From Candidatus Sericytochromatia bacterium (GTDB lineage Bacteria > Cyanobacteriota > Sericytochromatia > S15B-MN24 > UBA4093), in NCBI GenBank assembly GCA_036676495.1, contig JAKFCT010000091.1:34897-98896 (forward strand): a stretch of DNA of 64,000 bases, in the 5' to 3' direction. Below are positions 1 through 8,282 of the stretch, one piece after another. Positions within the stretch are counted from its first letter, which is position 1. Every line of letters begins with the position of its first letter. The position numbers and the translations under genes are program-made. The notes beneath the pieces were generated by a model that did no database searches, was not told the origin of the DNA, and worked only from the letters and a program-made list of their open reading frames with translations.

Positions 1-1096
1 GCGCGCCGGATTTCACGCGCTTGGCCAGGCTCGCGTGCAGGTTGCGGGCGGCCCGGGAGAGGGTCTCATCCGAGACGTCCTTGAGCACGACCGGCACGTT
101 CGCGATCGAGACGGAGGCGATGCCTTCGCCCATGAGGCCGGCTCCCAGCACGCCGATCCGACGCACCTCCCGGGGCACCATGCCGTCGGGGAGCTTCTTC
201 TTGGCGGTGGTGGCGTGGAAGATGCCGATCAGGTTCTTGGCCTCGGGGCTGGTGACCAGCGCTCCGAAGCCGAGCTCTTCCTGCTGGTAGCCGCGGCCGC
301 CCAGCTTGAAGCCGTCGGCCAGGCCGAGCCTCACGCAGTCGAGGATGGCCAGGGGGGCGGGGTAGAGGCCGCGCGTCTTGGCGAGCACGCCTTCCCGGGC
401 CTGTTTCAGCACCATGCCGCGCAGGGGGCCTTCCATGAGGCGATCCATGAGTTTGGCTTCGCGGCGCTTGGGCTTCAGCTTGCCGTCGGCCAGCATGAGG
501 GCGGCCTTGGCGGCGGTCTCCTCGATCCCGAAGGGGGAGGTGAGGGCGTCGACGAGGCCCGCCTTGTAGGCCTTGGCGGCGCGGAGGCGCTGGCCGGTGA
601 GCAGCATGGAGAGCCCGAGGGTCATGCCGACCAGGGGGATCAGGCGCTGGGTGCCTCCTCCTGCGGGCAAGAGGCCGAGCTGGACCTCGGGCAGGGCGAG
701 CACGGTCTTGGCATCGTCGCTGGCGAGCCGGTAATGGCATGCGAGGGCCACTTCCAGGCCTCCACCCAGGGCGGGACCGTGGATGGCGGCGACGAAGGGC
801 TTGGAGCTCTGGGCGATCCGGTCGAGGAGGGCGTGGCCTTCGCGTGAGAAGGCGGCGGCCTGGGTGGGAAGGGTCATGGCGAGGACCTCGTCGAGGTCGG
901 CTCCGGCGATGAACGAGTCGGGCTTGGCGCTGGAGAGCACGCAGGCGCGCAGGTCCGGGTCGCGGGCGATCGCCTCGAGGTGCCGCGCGAAGTCCGCGAA
1001 GAAGCGGCTCGACAGGATGTTCACCGGGCTATCGGGAGTGTCGAAGCGCAGGATCGCGACTCCGTCGTTTCGCTTGATCAGCTGGATGGCTTCCAT
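1..1096 (-). CDS. fadJ: Multifunctional fatty-acid oxidation complex alpha subunit (enoyl-CoA hydratase / 3-hydroxyacyl-CoA dehydrogenase), 3' end outside window
   Basis: Manual translation from ATG at 1096: MEAIQLIKRNDGVAILRFDTPDSPVN...FIAGADL...AAIHGPALGGGLEVALACHYR...LPEVQLGLLPAGGGTQRL...IGVLGAGLMGEGIA (crotonase motifs then Rossmann GxGxxG). Purine-rich RBS upstream; follows a thiolase. Confidence 0.9.
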   Translation of the reverse strand, partial: MEAIQLIKRNDGVAILRFDTPDSPVNILSSRFFADFARHLEAIARDPDLRACVLSSAKPDSFIAGADLDEVLAMTLPTQAAAFSREGHALLDRIAQSSKPFVAAIHGPALGGGLEVALACHYRLASDDAKTVLALPEVQLGLLPAGGGTQRLIPLVGMTLGLSMLLTGQRLRAAKAYKAGLVDALTSPFGIEETAAKAALMLADGKLKPKRREAKLMDRLMEGPLRGMVLKQAREGVLAKTRGLYPAPLAILDCVRLGLADGFKLGGRGYQQEELGFGALVTSPEAKNLIGIFHATTAKKKLPDGMVPREVRRIGVLGAGLMGEGIASVSIANVPVVLKDVSDETLSRAARNLHASLAKRVKSGA

Positions 1097-1114
1097 CTCG
1101 TTTCTCCCTATCTC

Positions 1115-2413
1115 CTAAACCTGGCGGAGGGTCATGGCGTGCCCGAGGGCGCCGGCGGCGCAGGCCGAGATCAGCCCCCACTCCGCGTTCTCCTGCTTCA
1201 TCCGCTGGGCGGCCGTCATCAGGAGGCGGGCTCCGGTGGCTCCGAACGGGTGCCCGATGGACAGCGAGCCGCCCCAGGCGTTGAGCTGGTCGGGCGGGAT
1301 CTCGCCCACTTCCCGGTCGCGCCCCAGCTTCTGGCGGCCGAAGCTCGGGTCGGCCAGCAGCCGGAGGTTGGCGAGCATCTGCGCGGCGAAGGCCTCGTGA
1401 AGCTCGAAGACTCCGACCTGCGACAGGGAGATGCCCGCCGCGTCCAGGGCCTTGGGGATGGCGTAGGCGGGCCCCATCAGCAGTTCCTCGCGCGGATCGG
1501 TGGCGGCCATCGCGAGGCTCGATATCACGGCCATGGGCGTGTAGCCGAGCTCACGGGCCTTCCGCTCGCTCATCAGGAGGACGACGGCGGCGCCGTCGGT
1601 GAGAAAGGAGCTGTTGCCGGCGCTGACGGTCCCGAAGCGGCGGTCGAAGACCGGCGGGAGGCTGGCCAGCTTCTCCGGGCTGGAGTCGCCCCGGATGCCG
1701 TTGTCGGCGCGCACGGGCATGAAGCGGGGCGGGACCATGGCCGGCGCGATCTGCGAGGCCAGGTAGCCGCGCTCGGTGGCCGCTGCCGCTCGCCGGTGCG
1801 AGCTCAGCGCGTACGCGTCCTGGGCGTCGCGCGAGATGCCGACGCGCTTGGCGAGCCGTTCGGCGCTCTCGCCCATGGTGTGACCGGTGGAGAACTCGGC
1901 GATCGCGGGCATGTCGGGGGCCAGATCGCGCCATGACAGCCCCGAAAGCAGCTTGAGGTAGTCGGCGGGGCCCCGGGCCTTTTGCGAGGCGATCAGGCGC
2001 TTGCGGACGTTGCGCCCGAAGCGGATGGGAACGTCCGAGAGGGTCTCCGCGCCTCCGGCGATCACGACCTCGGCGGTGCCGGCGGCGATGGCTTCGACGG
2101 CCGAGGCGATCGCCACGTTGGAGGAGGTGCAGGCCGCCGTCACCGTGTGGGCGGGAAGGCTCTGGGGCAGGCCCGCGGCGAGGGCGACCTCGCGGGCCAG
2201 GTTGGAGGTACGGGGCTCGGCGACGACCGTTCCCATGAGAAGGCGATCGATCTGCTTGGGATCGAGCCGGGTGCGGTGGAGGAGGCCGGCGATCGCCATC
2301 GCCCCCAGCTGATAGGAGGGAAGATCGGCGAAGTCCGTCTGCGAACGCAAGAATGGCGTCCGGCAGCCGTCCACCAGGACGACCCGGGAGCCGGAGAGCG
2401 GTAGCGCGGGCAT
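1115..2413 (-). CDS. fadI: Acetyl-CoA C-acyltransferase (thiolase, FadI type)
   Basis: Thiolase motifs TVTAACTSS, HEAFAAQ, GGSLSIGHPFGATG, ACAAGALG; adjacent to fadJ. Confidence 0.92.
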   Translation of the reverse strand: MPALPLSGSRVVLVDGCRTPFLRSQTDFADLPSYQLGAMAIAGLLHRTRLDPKQIDRLLMGTVVAEPRTSNLAREVALAAGLPQSLPAHTVTAACTSSNVAIASAVEAIAAGTAEVVIAGGAETLSDVPIRFGRNVRKRLIASQKARGPADYLKLLSGLSWRDLAPDMPAIAEFSTGHTMGESAERLAKRVGISRDAQDAYALSSHRRAAAATERGYLASQIAPAMVPPRFMPVRADNGIRGDSSPEKLASLPPVFDRRFGTVSAGNSSFLTDGAAVVLLMSERKARELGYTPMAVISSLAMAATDPREELLMGPAYAIPKALDAAGISLSQVGVFELHEAFAAQMLANLRLLADPSFGRQKLGRDREVGEIPPDQLNAWGGSLSIGHPFGATGARLLMTAAQRMKQENAEWGLISACAAGALGHAMTLRQV

Positions 2414-2676
2414 GATTCCCTCCCTAGAGCGATCTACGTTGCTGCAGGACAGCGAGCTTTGACTTTCAGCCTCTATCCATGCGGTTCTCGATTAACGCTC
2501 GCTGCCTTTCGCAACAGCCGCGGGCGCTATCTGAATCCCCAAACCCCTTCATGAGGCCATTCGGCGCGGGGATTGTCAAACGCCGCCGCCGCGACGTCCG
2601 GGAGCCGAAAGCGCGACGCCGTCCCCCCGTTTCGGAGGAACGGCGTCGCGTGGGACGGCGTTGCGTCCGGGTGGGG

Positions 2677-3525
2677 TCAGGGGCGGCTGGGGGCGCCCGC
2701 CGCGGAGGCGTTCGAGACCGGCAAGGGGGGTTGCCCCATCATGATCAGCTGGTGGTTGATGTTCATGGCGGCGACCATGGAGGCGTCATCGGCCTCGACC
2801 GCGATCTCGAAGGACTTCGATGGGTCCTCCTTGCCTCCGAAGGGATAATAGAAGACCTTGGCGGCCCCTTCTCCCTCGGCCCAGCGGGCGACGAACATGA
2901 CGTTCATTTCCTGGTAGGCGAGCTGCCACTTGCCGTCGGGGGTTTGCGCGCGGCCCTTGAAGCCGAAGCCGTCCGCCGAGCCGAAGAGGCCGGGCATGCC
3001 GAACCCGGCGCCCTGGCCGGCCGAGGCCTCCTTCTCGCCCAGATTCGGAGGGGCGCCCTTCCAGTCGAGCCCGTCGAGCTGCGTGGTCATCTTGGCCAGC
3101 TCGTCCCAGGTCTTCATGCCGGGGGGCAGCTGGAGGTTGCGCAGCTTCTCCTCGGGCCAGTCCTTGAAGTAAGGGTGCTTGCGCAGTTCGGCCAGCTTCG
3201 CCTCCATGGGATCGGGGGTCGGCTTCGGCGTCGGGGTTGCCTGGGGCTTGGGCGCTTTGGCGACCTGCTGCGGCTTGGGCGGCGGCTTGGGTTTTTCCTT
3301 TTTCTTCTTGGGATAGGCGACGGTCCCCGGGGCCGCGACGGGAGCGGCTTTCGGGGCGGCTTTCGGGGCGGCCTGCTGGAGCTTGGCCAGTTCCACGAGC
3401 ATGACCTGCGCGTCCTTGGGCATGGGCGGCATCGGTCGAGCGCCTCCCCTGCTGAGGGGCAGGATGAAGGCTCCTATCAGGAGGACGTGGAGGGCGAGCG
3501 AGGCCCCCAGAGAGCCGACGTGCAT
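2677..3525 (-). CDS. Membrane-anchored TonB/TolA-like proline/lysine-rich protein with unrecognised C-terminal domain
   Basis: N-terminal TM helix with SLALH motif and a PK-rich linker (KKKKEKPKPPPKP). Start overlaps the upstream stop (TGATG). Confidence 0.6.
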   Translation of the reverse strand: MHVGSLGASLALHVLLIGAFILPLSRGGARPMPPMPKDAQVMLVELAKLQQAAPKAAPKAAPVAAPGTVAYPKKKKEKPKPPPKPQQVAKAPKPQATPTPKPTPDPMEAKLAELRKHPYFKDWPEEKLRNLQLPPGMKTWDELAKMTTQLDGLDWKGAPPNLGEKEASAGQGAGFGMPGLFGSADGFGFKGRAQTPDGKWQLAYQEMNVMFVARWAEGEGAAKVFYYPFGGKEDPSKSFEIAVEADDASMVAAMNINHQLIMMGQPPLPVSNASAAGAPSRP

Positions 3526-4601
3526 CAGTTCACCTGGGGCAGGTCGATGGAGCCCAGGACCCGGTTGAGATCGTCCGGATAGAGGTCTCCATAGGAGTAG
3601 AGCAGCTGGCCGTTCTTCTCGGAGCCCGCGTAGTTGTAGGGGGCCTGGTAGGAGAGCGAGCTCATCTTGTCGACCAGGGAGAGGGCGAAGGCTCCGGCCA
3701 TCAAGGTCAGGAACATGTTGGGCTTGGGGCGATAGGAGACGAACATCCAGTTGAGGCCGTCGGTGTAGTGGAGTTGCGTGATGCGGGTGCCGAAGAAGTT
3801 GGCGAACTGGATGCCATGGAGCTGGAAGCCCGCGGGCACGTACTTCGGCAGGGGCACCTTGCTCTTGAGGGCGGCTTCGGCGGCTTCGACCGTCTTGTAC
3901 TCGACGAAGGAGTTGTCCTTGTCCTTTTGCAGGGCGATGGTGCTCAGCTTCTCGGGGAGGTTGGCCACCTCGACGTCCACCTTCTTGGAGGGGATGTAAT
4001 CCTCATAGAAGGAGGTGAAGTAGGGGCTGAGGCCCTTGCCCCAGGTGCGCTCTTCCTTGAGGACCTGGTAGGTGTCGCGGCTGATCCAGAAGCGGTGGCC
4101 GGGAACGTTGTAGCCGCGCTTGGGGGTGGCCTCGAGGATGTAGCAGGGGGTGAGGGCGACGATGTCGTTGAGCTCGTCGGAGCCTTCCAGGATCTTGAGG
4201 TCGTAGTTGCGGCCCAGCAGCTGAGGGCTGGTGAGCTGGCCGAAGATGGTGGTGGCGGCCTCGTTGGAGCCGGTGGGGTTGTCGTTGCGGAAGAGCAGGC
4301 TCTCCATGGGGAAGTAGACGTTGGCCTTGTTTTCCTTCATCCAGAGGTTGACCCCGGCGAGGGTGTCGGGGGCCTGGACGGTGACGCGGTAGTTCTTGCC
4401 GTCCTGGACGAAGACCTTCATTTCCGCGCGCAGGTTGAGGTGCTGGCGGGTCAAGAGCTGGATGCGCTTGCCCCAGAAGGTGACCGAACCCTGGGCGTCG
4501 ATGGTGCGGTTGATGAGTTCGGTGGGCGTGGGGGCGGCCCAAGCGCTCGCGGGCAGCGCGAGGATGGCAGCCGTGAGGGCCCAGACGACGGTTTTTTGCA
4601 T
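3525..4601 (-). CDS. Periplasmic MucB/RseB- or LolA-like fold protein with DUF4367-like C-terminus
   Basis: Sec signal peptide (AWA), YRVTVQAPDTLAG, CYILEATPK, RFWISRDTYQVLK, LPKYVPAGFQL...LHYTDGL motifs. Confidence 0.65.
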   Translation of the reverse strand: MQKTVVWALTAAILALPASAWAAPTPTELINRTIDAQGSVTFWGKRIQLLTRQHLNLRAEMKVFVQDGKNYRVTVQAPDTLAGVNLWMKENKANVYFPMESLLFRNDNPTGSNEAATTIFGQLTSPQLLGRNYDLKILEGSDELNDIVALTPCYILEATPKRGYNVPGHRFWISRDTYQVLKEERTWGKGLSPYFTSFYEDYIPSKKVDVEVANLPEKLSTIALQKDKDNSFVEYKTVEAAEAALKSKVPLPKYVPAGFQLHGIQFANFFGTRITQLHYTDGLNWMFVSYRPKPNMFLTLMAGAFALSLVDKMSSLSYQAPYNYAGSEKNGQLLYSYGDLYPDDLNRVLGSIDLPQVN

Positions 4602-5171
4602 GCCTCTTGCTTCCTCTCCTGAGAGCGAAAAAGGGTGCCGCGCGCAACGGGGTTCCGTGGATCAGACGACGGAACCGGCCGGGAGGTTCGATTTCGGAGC
4701 CTCGATCGCTCCCGAGCAGCCTCGATTGCGTCTAAGCAGCCGCGGGCGATCCGGAGCCGTGGGCGCGCCGGATCCCGCCGGCGGCACGGCGCGGACTCGC
4801 CTCCCGAGGGATGCGGGCGCCACCCTGAACCGGATCCGGAGCCGGACCATCCTAGCATCTAAGCATGACGGCAGCAACGCCAGCACGGCCCCTAGTCCAA
4901 AGCGACGAAAGGGATTGTTAAAACTGTTCGTTTTCTGTGAAATCTTCGCTAAGTTGACATGACGGAGGGATTGCTGGGGTAGGAGGGAAATATGGGCAGC
5001 CTTCTTACCCTTCGTTCGGATGTTCGAAGAGGGAGCTCCCGCCGGACCTTGAAAACCACATAGTCAAGTGCGGTTCCATTTCATTTGGAATAGGGTTTTG
5101 AAGTCCGGTTGGAAAGGATTTTGGAATCCGCTGGAAGACTTGCATATGTTTCGGAAAGGAAAAGGCACCCT

Positions 5172-6677
5172 ATGAAGAACACTTGGATCAAGCGCGCAGC
5201 GACGCTCGGGCTCACGGCTGGTATTCTCTCGCTTCCCCTCGCTGCCCTGGCTGCCGAGGAAATGGTCATCGAAACCCCCAAGGTCTACACCCCCGCCAAG
5301 GTGAACGGAGTCGACGGTTTCTGGGTCGAGTACCAGAAGAAGACCTACCAGAAGCGGGCCGCGTTCGCCGACCCGGTGGGTCCCTACGACCAGATGATCC
5401 AGAACCTCTACGTCGAGATCTTCGGGCCCGAGGTGGCGCAGCTGACCAAGGCGCAGCGTGACGCCCTCTACTCCCAGTACGGGATTCCCAAGGGCTTCAA
5501 CGGCCTGACCGGCGACTACAACTTCTTCCACAACGAATTCCTCAGCAAGTACACCAACCGCATCAAGGCGGACCTCCAGTACGCCAAGCGCCTGGTGGAC
5601 GCGGACAGCCCCTCGGCGGTCGTGGCCGCGATGGGCGCCCAGGCGACCTTGGATCAGGTCTACAAGGCCTTCGCCAACTCCGGCTACGCGGGCAACAACT
5701 ACGTGGTCAACGCCCGCAGCGTCGAGGTGGTCCACGGCGTCAGCTACGTCGACCAGTCGCGGATCGACCCGGCGGTCTACAACGCCTACAAGGGCCAGAC
5801 CCTCGACACCCTCCTGAGGAGCAACCCCGGCGCCATCAAGGGCCTGGAGGGCGCCTCGTACATCGACTCGCTGGTCAATGCGGCTCGCTTCAGCCGGATG
5901 GCCGAGCTCGCGGCGATGAACCTGCTTCCGGTCAACATGATCGACCAGCAGATCGTCACCCCCGGCGGTCCGGTCGACTTCAAGGAGGACACCCCGAACG
6001 CCGCCCGCCTGAACCAGCTGGCCTCGTTCCTGGTCACCGCCTCCATCCGCACCCACTCGCCCATCGCGCTGGACCTCAACGGCGACGGCAAGATCGGCGT
6101 CACCGGTACCTCGACCGCCCAGAAGCGCCTCGCGAGCAGCAAGTTCGTCGCCAAGAACTCGGTCTGGTTCGACATCGGCGCCGAGGGCAAGAAGAAGAAC
6201 ATCGAGTGGCTCGACCGCTCGGGTGACGGCTTCCTGGTCGACGACTCCTACGGCCGCCTCTCGAAGGCGCTGACCGCGGGTGGCACCCTCGACGGCACCT
6301 TCCTCTTCGGTGACTCGATCGGCTACACCCACGGTTACCACAAGCTCGCCGTCAAGAAGGTCACGGTCAACGTCGCCTCCACGGCTCAGATCGACGAGAA
6401 CACCAACTGGTCGAAGCTCTTCAACGCGAAGCCCGTGCTGAAGGGTAAGGACCTGAACGGCCTCAAGGTCTGGGTGGACGCCAACGGCGACGCCAAGCTC
6501 CAGGCCAACGAGCTCAAGACCCTGGCTTCTCTGGGCATCACCGAGATCGGTGCGGCTCCCCAGACCATCAAGAACGCCAAGGGCGAGTACCTCATCCAGT
6601 CGTACTTCGTCCAGAACGGCAAGAAGCGGATGACTGAGGACGTCTGGTTCGCTGAGAACCCCGACGCGGCTCAGTAA
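5172..6677 (+). CDS. Secreted protein with C-terminal FrpC self-processing-module (SPM)-like Ca2+-binding domain (paralog 1)
   Basis: ATG at 5172 after AAGG-rich RBS; signal peptide ending ALA; SPIALDLNGDG, VWFDI, EWL..SGDGFLVDD, LFGD, HGY.KL, LKVWVDANGDAKLQANELKTLASLGITEI, DVWF. Strong codon bias. Confidence 0.75.
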   Translation: MKNTWIKRAATLGLTAGILSLPLAALAAEEMVIETPKVYTPAKVNGVDGFWVEYQKKTYQKRAAFADPVGPYDQMIQNLYVEIFGPEVAQLTKAQRDALYSQYGIPKGFNGLTGDYNFFHNEFLSKYTNRIKADLQYAKRLVDADSPSAVVAAMGAQATLDQVYKAFANSGYAGNNYVVNARSVEVVHGVSYVDQSRIDPAVYNAYKGQTLDTLLRSNPGAIKGLEGASYIDSLVNAARFSRMAELAAMNLLPVNMIDQQIVTPGGPVDFKEDTPNAARLNQLASFLVTASIRTHSPIALDLNGDGKIGVTGTSTAQKRLASSKFVAKNSVWFDIGAEGKKKNIEWLDRSGDGFLVDDSYGRLSKALTAGGTLDGTFLFGDSIGYTHGYHKLAVKKVTVNVASTAQIDENTNWSKLFNAKPVLKGKDLNGLKVWVDANGDAKLQANELKTLASLGITEIGAAPQTIKNAKGEYLIQSYFVQNGKKRMTEDVWFAENPDAAQ

Positions 6678-6685
6678 ATGCTTGA

Positions 6686-6714
6686 CGAGCGCGCGCCGAC
6701 CCGGCGCGCGCTCG
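6686..6714 (+). terminator. GC-rich 13-bp stem-loop without U-tract (partial terminator or mRNA stabiliser)
   Basis: CGAGCGCGCGCCG-ACC-CGGCGCGCGCTCG, 9 nt after the stop of the 5172 gene. Confidence 0.6.
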
Positions 6715-6803
6715 GATTGGTCGTGATGGTCCTGGCCCGTTCGGGTCGATTCAGCTAAAACTAGGACGGTTGACCTCTCCTCCGGCATGCCGGGGGGAGG
6801 AAC

Positions 6804-6858
6804 TTGACGGAGACCGTTGGGTTGGCCGTCGATCCGGCGGACGGCCTGTAACCGTCGC
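6804..6858 (+). pseudogene. Degenerate copy of the 3' end of the 6891-8255 gene (relic of a further paralog, or duplication junction)
   Basis: 47/55 nt identical to 8208-8262; reads LTETVGLAVDPADGL* versus LTEDVWFAVDPADGQ*, followed by the same CCGTCGC. Confidence 0.8.
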
Positions 6859-6890
6859 CATGTGACTGTCGCAATGGAGAGGAGCGAGAG

Positions 6891-8255
6891 ATGTACTCGA
6901 AAGGCAAAATATGGCTCGCTGCCGGAAGCCTGGTGGCGGCGACCGCGTTGGTAATTCCCCCTTCAGTCCTGGCCGCGGTGGCCGACAAGGTTCAGAGCAA
7001 GCAGACGATCGAACGGGGCAAGAACGGCACCCAGTCCGGCTACTGGATCCACGTGGAGGATACGACCCTCCGCTGGTATGAAGTCAGCGACAAGATCAAG
7101 GAAGTCTACAAGAAGGTCTTCAACAGCGTCCCCATCACCGACGCTCAGCTGAAGGCCCTGACCGACAAGGTCTCGTCCGGCAAGCTCACCCTGGCCGCCC
7201 TCGAGACCCAGCTCCGCGACTTCAACGCGGTGCTCAAGGACTCGGCCTACGACAACCAGTACTCCACCAGCTCTCAGCGCCTGGAGCTGAAGAACGCCCG
7301 CAACGAGCTCGAGGCGGCGTTCAAGGTCGGCTACACCAACGACCTGGCGGGTCCCAACGAATCCTCGACCCTGCGGCAGGCGCATCGCTTCCTGGTGATC
7401 GCAGAAGCCCTCGAGAGCGGCCTCTACGACTTCCCGACCTCCGGCGCGTCGATCGTCGGCGAGCACTCGCTCAACCTGTCCAGCTCGTACTACTCCTACT
7501 TCACCGAGTATCGCAAGGACGTCCAGGCGCTGGGCACCCACAGCGGCAACTACTCGGGCGGCTCGCGCAACCGCTTCGTGGTCAATAACGTGACGGCCGC
7601 CAAGGCGCGCGAAATCGCCAAGGATCTCTACCAGCTGGCCAACAAGACCGCTTCTCCGATCGCCCTCGACCTCAACCACGATGGCAAGATTGGCGTGACC
7701 GGCAAGTCCTCGGCCAAGGTCCGCAACTACAAGAACGCCTTCGTCCGGGATGGATCGGTGCTCTTCGACCTGGAGGGCAAGGGCAAGGTCCAGCGTTACG
7801 AGTGGATGAACGGAGATGGTGACGGCTTCCTGGTGGACGACCGCGAGGGCAAGGTCTCGCAGGCGGCCAAGGGCAACGGCGTCATCTCGGGCCATCAGCT
7901 CTTCGGGAACGCGGGCGGTTACGCCCACGGCTTCGCGAAGCTGGCGATGAACTTCGACAGCGACATCAAGCTGGCGACCAACATGTCCAAGCTGCCGCCG
8001 GGTTACGGCAAGATCACGGGCAAGGAGCTCGAGGGCCTCAAGGTCTGGATCGACGCCAACCGGGACGCCAAGGTTCAGCTGGCCGAGTTGAAGACCCTGC
8101 CCGAGCTGGGCATCACCGAGATCGGCTCGAGCTTCGACATGGTCAAGAACCCGGACGGCGAGCTGCTGATGCAGTCGCATTACTTCGTACAGCACGGCAA
8201 GAAGCATCTGACGGAAGACGTTTGGTTTGCCGTCGATCCGGCAGACGGCCAGTAA
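6891..8255 (+). CDS. Secreted protein with C-terminal SPM-like domain (paralog 2)
   Basis: RBS GAGGAG; signal peptide ending VLA; SPIALDLNHDGKIG, VLFDL, EWMNGDGDGFLVDD, LFGN, HGFAKL, LKVWIDANRDAKVQLAELKTLPELGITEI, DVWF. Confidence 0.75.
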   Translation: MYSKGKIWLAAGSLVAATALVIPPSVLAAVADKVQSKQTIERGKNGTQSGYWIHVEDTTLRWYEVSDKIKEVYKKVFNSVPITDAQLKALTDKVSSGKLTLAALETQLRDFNAVLKDSAYDNQYSTSSQRLELKNARNELEAAFKVGYTNDLAGPNESSTLRQAHRFLVIAEALESGLYDFPTSGASIVGEHSLNLSSSYYSYFTEYRKDVQALGTHSGNYSGGSRNRFVVNNVTAAKAREIAKDLYQLANKTASPIALDLNHDGKIGVTGKSSAKVRNYKNAFVRDGSVLFDLEGKGKVQRYEWMNGDGDGFLVDDREGKVSQAAKGNGVISGHQLFGNAGGYAHGFAKLAMNFDSDIKLATNMSKLPPGYGKITGKELEGLKVWIDANRDAKVQLAELKTLPELGITEIGSSFDMVKNPDGELLMQSHYFVQHGKKHLTEDVWFAVDPADGQ

Positions 8256-8282
8256 CCGTCGCAGAGAGATTGGAGGAGGCCA

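Noticed and set aside
5172-8255. RTX toxins secreted by a type I system
   Set aside because: No GGxGxDxL nonapeptide repeats, Sec signal peptides are present, and no HlyBD genes are nearby.
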